This document shows, one piece after another, positions 59,368 through 64,000 of a DNA stretch of 64,000 nt; positions within the stretch are counted from its first letter, which is position 1, and each line of letters begins with the position of its first letter. The position numbers and the translations under genes are program-made. A model generated the notes under the pieces. The model was not told where the DNA came from. It was given only the letters and a program-made list of their open reading frames with translations, and made no database searches. This DNA is from Verrucomicrobiota bacterium (GTDB lineage: Bacteria > Verrucomicrobiota > Verrucomicrobiia > Limisphaerales > CANJXF01), in NCBI GenBank assembly GCA_038214755.1, contig JBBQRQ010000005.1:35868-99867 (forward strand), written 5' to 3'.

Positions 59368-60756
59368 CTATTTCGGTTTGGATTTCTGCTCCAATTTGAA
59401 CGGGAGCGTATCCGGGAGAACCCGCACGTTGGTGGTAAATTTAAACGGCGTGACCTTTTTATTTGCGTAGGTCAATTCTACAAAGAAAGCAGTCCAGCCT
59501 TTGGCGGGCGTCTCGATTTTCCCGACGTAAACTCCGGCCGGTTCCGCGTCAATCGTTTTGCTCGTCCACACCGCGCCGATGTTTTCCATGCGAAAATCGC
59601 GCGCGTCCGGATTGGTCGCCTGCCAAAGTTTGACCTCGGTCGGCGCGTCTTTCGTCGTCACGCGAATCGTTCCATCTGTTTCAGATTTCCAGGAAAATTG
59701 CGGAAGCTTTGCTCCCGTCAAAACCGCGTTGTAACAAGCGATCAGAGTTTCAAGCGCATCGGAGTTTTTCAACGAATGATCCGCGTTCGGAACATAGCGC
59801 AAATATTTTACACCGGGCAACTCGTCGAAATAAAATTGGGAAGAGTCCGGCAGAAAAAACTGGTCGCCCGACGCGTTAATGATGAATTTCGGCATCGTCA
59901 ATCGGTCCCGATATTCATACGGCTCTTCAATTTGCATCAGAGCGCGGTACTCTTTCGTGCCCATCCAATCCATGAGGTTCAGGGCGGTGTAGTCTTTGAC
60001 CGAGGGGGCCCAAAATCCGTAGGCTTCGAAATGATGTTTGAACGAGGGTTCGAGGTTCAACATGTCAATGACCATGGGAACAATCGCGATGACGCGTTTA
60101 TCGACGATGGCGGTGGTCCACGTCGTCCAACCGCGCTTCGACCCGCCGGCCACGACGAAGGAATCCACTTTGGTTTTTCCGCCTTCGTCGGAGGCACAAA
60201 ATGCGGTAACGGTATCCATCGCGCGGACCGCGCTCTTCGTCATGGGCAGACGCGCCGGCCATGTGTCATCGCCGGTGCGGAGGAATTTGTTCCACGTGTA
60301 AGCGATGATGCCATCTTCCGAGCGCGTTTGGGTTTCATCGGCAAACATAAGCGGTTCATTCGGCACGCCACGAAGTTCCGCCACAATTGATTTTGTTTTC
60401 AGGGCCGTGACAATGGTGTTTCCATCGGCCGATTTCGGTGCGGGTCGATCAATGGATCCACCCGAAATTAAAAGAAGCGCTTTGGAAGTGGTGACGCTGT
60501 TTGGCTTCACAATCGTCAACCAATGTTTCCAAATGGGGCGGTTGACTTCGTTGGTCGTGAGCCACTTTTGCGACGTCATTTCCAGAATGAAAGTCATGTA
60601 GCCATCTCCCGGCAACGTCGTCACCAGATGGTAAGTGTAATTCGTGTCGGGCCTGGCGACGTAACGATCAAGCGCGGTGAGTTTTTCCGCGCGCGCAGAG
60701 AGACTCAGCAAACTGCAAATAATTAAAAGGAGAAATCTAAAGGTAATTGGTTTCAT
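59368..60756 (-). CDS. PqaA (PhoPQ-activated pathogenicity-related) family alpha/beta hydrolase-like protein
   Basis: LPMTKS, GGSKRGWTTW, GDQFFLPD, PNADH. Confidence 0.9.
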   Translation of the reverse strand: MKPITFRFLLLIICSLLSLSARAEKLTALDRYVARPDTNYTYHLVTTLPGDGYMTFILEMTSQKWLTTNEVNRPIWKHWLTIVKPNSVTTSKALLLISGGSIDRPAPKSADGNTIVTALKTKSIVAELRGVPNEPLMFADETQTRSEDGIIAYTWNKFLRTGDDTWPARLPMTKSAVRAMDTVTAFCASDEGGKTKVDSFVVAGGSKRGWTTWTTAIVDKRVIAIVPMVIDMLNLEPSFKHHFEAYGFWAPSVKDYTALNLMDWMGTKEYRALMQIEEPYEYRDRLTMPKFIINASGDQFFLPDSSQFYFDELPGVKYLRYVPNADHSLKNSDALETLIACYNAVLTGAKLPQFSWKSETDGTIRVTTKDAPTEVKLWQATNPDARDFRMENIGAVWTSKTIDAEPAGVYVGKIETPAKGWTAFFVELTYANKKVTPFKFTTNVRVLPDTLPFKLEQKSKPK

Positions 60757-60854
60757 ACATATTGGGCCGGAATTAAGAAGTGCGCTCTGCGATTGTAAAG
60801 ACATAAGGCGCTTTGACGCTCGACAAAGCGGTCTAAACTTTTTCAGCTTCTCTG

Positions 60855-62438
60855 ATGTCCCATCCAAGACCCCGCGGCGACCGGTGCCTTCTGGCTTGGA
60901 CCCCGTTTTTAATTTTCCTGTTGGCCAGCGGGGTCGAGCCTGGTTCCGCGTATGGGCCAACCGCATTGGCCGGAGCAAAGAAAACGCCGGTAAATAAATT
61001 TCCTCCGCCGCCCGCCGAAGTGGTCATCAAACCCAAACCGTATTTCGGCGCGTTTCGCAATCCGCTCATGGGATTCATCGGGCCGATCAATGGCAAACAC
61101 GAATACGCCACGCTCGCGCGCGAATACGTAAAGTGGAATACGGTGGAAAATTCGGCGACCGATGGCGTGGAAAAATTGATCGCTTACTCCGACGCACATT
61201 GGTCGCATGTCGCGGAGAAAAATCTCAAAATTATTCCACGCGTTTTTTTGGAATGGCCGAAAGCAGGGAGTGAAGCTTATTGGCCGATTGATTCCTACTG
61301 GCCCGCTGACCTGCCGCGCGATTGGAACAGCGCGCAATTCAAGGAGCGCGTGGTGCGCATGGTCGCGAAAATGGGCGAAGCGTGGGACAACGATCCGCGC
61401 ATCGCGTTTATTGAAATGGGAATCATCGGTCCGTGGGGCGAACAGCATCACCCCTCACCTACTTTGGAGATGCAAAAACTTTTGGGAGACGCCTTTCAAA
61501 AAGCCTTCACCAATAAACTCGTGATGAACCGGTATCCCTGGGAATTCACGAATTATAATTTTGGCATTCATTGGGATTCGTTTGGCAATCCCGGTTGGGA
61601 AATGACAAAGCACGTGCCGGAATTGGAAGGCGCTTTGGCGGAGCGATGGAAAATTGCGCCGATGGGCGGCGAGATGGCGTTCGAGCTTTATACAAATTCG
61701 CCCAAGCCGCGCCTGGCTAAAACGCCCACCGACGCGGTGGCCAACCACGCCGCCACGTTGATTCGTTACATCCGCCGCTGGCATTGGAATTCGCTCGGTT
61801 GGGTCAGCAATTACGACGCGAAAAATCCGGACGCAGCGCGAAATGCGGCGCGAATCCAATCTGCCTTCGGTTATCGTTTCGTGCTCGATGAAGTGCGCTA
61901 TCCGGCACGCGTTGAGCCGGGCGAAACTTTTTCCACATCCTTCTCCGTGCGAAATTTGGGTTCCGCGCCGATGTATTACAATTGGTCGGTAGAGGTAAGT
62001 TTGCTCGATGAAAAATCGCACGAGCCAGTTTGGAAAGCCACCTTCAAGGAGTTGGATATTCGCCAGTGGTTGCCGGGCGATTTCTCGGAGAAAGGAAAGG
62101 GTCGTCCAACCGGTGACAAGGCGAATGCGGGTTTTGAATGGGACACCGGTCGCGAATACGATTTGGCAGCGGGGACTAATAAAGTGCAAGGCGAATTCAA
62201 ACTGCCAAAAACTTTTCCGGCAGGAGAATACATCCTTGCTCTCGCCATTCTCGATCCAGCCGGTGGACTCCCTTCCGCGCGATTCGCTACCGCGAATTAT
62301 TTCGCCGGTGGACGTCATCCCCTTGGCAGAATTGGAGTAGGAGTTAAATGCGCGAAGACTGAATTGGACGAATCGATTTTCGGCGACCTGGGGAGTGACA
62401 CGTCATTGCACTACGTCGTAGATCAAGAGAATAAATAG
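60855..62438 (+). CDS. Secreted DUF4832-like glycoside-hydrolase-fold protein
   Basis: NPLMGF, DNDPRIAF..GPWGE, GYRF, NLGSAPMY. Confidence 0.75.
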   Translation: MSHPRPRGDRCLLAWTPFLIFLLASGVEPGSAYGPTALAGAKKTPVNKFPPPPAEVVIKPKPYFGAFRNPLMGFIGPINGKHEYATLAREYVKWNTVENSATDGVEKLIAYSDAHWSHVAEKNLKIIPRVFLEWPKAGSEAYWPIDSYWPADLPRDWNSAQFKERVVRMVAKMGEAWDNDPRIAFIEMGIIGPWGEQHHPSPTLEMQKLLGDAFQKAFTNKLVMNRYPWEFTNYNFGIHWDSFGNPGWEMTKHVPELEGALAERWKIAPMGGEMAFELYTNSPKPRLAKTPTDAVANHAATLIRYIRRWHWNSLGWVSNYDAKNPDAARNAARIQSAFGYRFVLDEVRYPARVEPGETFSTSFSVRNLGSAPMYYNWSVEVSLLDEKSHEPVWKATFKELDIRQWLPGDFSEKGKGRPTGDKANAGFEWDTGREYDLAAGTNKVQGEFKLPKTFPAGEYILALAILDPAGGLPSARFATANYFAGGRHPLGRIGVGVKCAKTELDESIFGDLGSDTSLHYVVDQENK

Positions 62439-62500
62439 GTTCTTTCACGTTTCTGGTGAATCACAGATTTTATTGGGATCGGGCTGGGTTACCGAATGAA

Positions 62501-62601
62501 ACGCAAAGGACTCGAAGGTTCACGCAGAGGTAGCAAAGGGAAGGAGTAACAGAAGCTTCCTGCTCTGCGTTCCTCTGCGAAAACCTCTGCGCCCTTTGCG
62601 G
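62501..62601. repeat. Inverted element of ~9-nt CGCAGAGG/CCTCTGCG units
   Basis: cgcaaagg...cgcagagg versus cctctgcg...cctttgcg. Confidence 0.7.
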
Positions 62602-62674
62602 TAAAACAGTTTCGTTTCTGCTAAACTACGCTCACAAATTTATAAACCATAAACTCAAAAACACCAAGACCTAC

Positions 62675-63097
62675 ATGACTGGAACACGATTTGAAACAGA
62701 GTTGCAGGTGCGCCCGGATGACATCGATATGAACCAGCACGTTCATGCGAGCCGTTACATGGATTACGTCCTGGCGGCGCGCTATGACCAGATGGAGCGC
62801 TGCTATAAGATGGCGATGGAGGAATTCATCACCCTGGGCTTCGGCTGGTTTGTGCGCACCGCCCACCTTGAATACAAACGCCCCCTTGGTCTCGGCGAGC
62901 ATTTCATTGTCCGGACGTGGGTGGAGGAGATAGCCAGGACAGATGTGCTCGTGGGATTCCAAATGATCAAAAAGAAAACCAACAAACTCGTTTGCAATGG
63001 TTCCTTCCACTACACCATGATCAACCTCAACACCGGTCGCGCGGAAACTATTCCTGAATGGATCGTGACGAAATATTCCATCTCTTCCAAGCCGTAG
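62675..63097 (+). CDS. Acyl-CoA thioesterase (hot-dog, 4HBT-like)
   Basis: VRPDDIDMNQHV...Y, LEYKRPL. Confidence 0.88.
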   Translation: MTGTRFETELQVRPDDIDMNQHVHASRYMDYVLAARYDQMERCYKMAMEEFITLGFGWFVRTAHLEYKRPLGLGEHFIVRTWVEEIARTDVLVGFQMIKKKTNKLVCNGSFHYTMINLNTGRAETIPEWIVTKYSISSKP

Positions 63098-63343
63098 CGG
63101 ACAAACCCTATCGCGTGGAAGTGAGCACCACGTTTCACTGTTGAAAAAGTTTTCACAACGGCGCGCGCAAGTGTTCCCGTAACTTTATTTGGGATGAGAA
63201 TCAATTTCTCTATTGTCGTGTTTGCCGGTTTCAATAGTGCCGCCGAGACTCGCAAAGCAATGCGGCTGGACAAGGTTAAAGTGAAGATTTAGCGTCAAAA
63301 CCATGAACCGAGATAGGCGACAATTTTGTCGCTTAATATAACT

Positions 63344-63650
63344 GTTAGGCAGCATGCGTTACGCTCTCGCAATCACTGTTTTTCTCGCGCTGATTACCTT
63401 TGGCTACTCGATGATCGGAGAGTCCGGAGCGTATTCCCGTAACTCGGAGATTCAAAGCGTGCTATCTCACTTGGAGCAAGGGCAGCAGCCGTTGACCAGT
63501 GAGATGACTCAGCAGTTAGACATCATTTTTAAGAGCAGTATCACCCGTTGGGTAGTTATCAGATGGTTGAGCATTGCCACGCTGATCGCGGCACTCATCA
63601 GTTTCTATTCAGCATCGCGAAAGAAGATATGATGCCTAACAAATCGCCAG
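63344..63650 (+). mobile_element. Integron-type gene cassette (core GTTAGGC ... inverse core GCCTAAC); attC truncated
   Basis: GTTAGGC 63344-63350 is 3 nt before the ATG; GCCTAAC 63634-63640 is 1 nt after the stop. Confidence 0.7.
63354..63632 (+). CDS. Small 2-TM hypothetical cassette protein
   Basis: 92 aa, two hydrophobic segments, composition unlike flanking genes. Confidence 0.65.
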   Translation: MRYALAITVFLALITFGYSMIGESGAYSRNSEIQSVLSHLEQGQQPLTSEMTQQLDIIFKSSITRWVVIRWLSIATLIAALISFYSASRKKI

Positions 63651-64000
63651 ATCGTGCGAAAACTATTTTGATAGGAGTAGGAAGTAGCCTGGTTGGATAG
63701 GTTTGAAGTTATCTGCTGGTTTTTTCCCTGAAGTTTTCCGGAAGGTTCGGTAGCGCGGGTTGATCCTATCCCTGTCCCGGTAGTTATCAGCAAGGTATAA
63801 GATGAAAAAGGGCTGGCACCCTGCTTTTACCCCGGCATCGCGACGGCTTTCATTAGCTCCGCGAAGCTCACGATGTTCAATACTCGTTTCAAGTTGTAGG
63901 CCAATACCGTCAGGCTCATCTCGGCTCCTGCTCCCGCCAGTCCTTTACAAAGGAAGTAACCCGCGTTCATCGTTCGCTTCATCGTGCCAAAGGGATGTTC
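63648..64000 (-). mobile_element. IS1182-family element, 3' part (transposase C-terminus 63827-64000)
   Basis: EHPFGTMK...GL.....EMSL...AYNLKR; end resembles ttttcgcacgatctg on the minus strand. Confidence 0.82.

Noticed and set aside
63140..63160. Second Rex-like site
   Set aside because: Only one good half-site and no clear regulated gene

Overview
A 64-kb chromosomal segment, most likely from a Verrucomicrobiota subdivision-3 (Pedosphaera-like) bacterium. This is inferred from the DUF1501/PSD1 cytochrome pair, a PEP-CTERM protein, a HIS6-type hisA and the style of the secreted proteins. The backbone is housekeeping and envelope genes: tamAB, hisA, rpsU, an NtrC-type regulator, a pilMNOPQ-like operon, rluA, pstS, dprA, pgsA, bcp, ctaA/ctaB, kdsB and pyrG. 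The unusual part is the small selfish DNA. (1) Many distinct REP-like palindrome families and 7/8/9-mer tandem arrays occur, often nested, with only one RAYT transposase in view; three palindromes sit in frame inside apparently intact genes. (2) A ~9-kb cluster of type II toxin-antitoxin modules and remnants is punctuated by co-oriented ACGATT(C/T)A arrays. (3) An integrase-less islet at tRNA-Glu(CTC) carries a second full tRNA, a TA pair and the RAYT. (4) An orphan structured RNA candidate with a retron msr-msd-like layout lies downstream of pyrG. (5) An integron-type gene cassette has its attC cut by an IS1182-like element at the window end. All family assignments come from motif recognition by eye; no searches were run.
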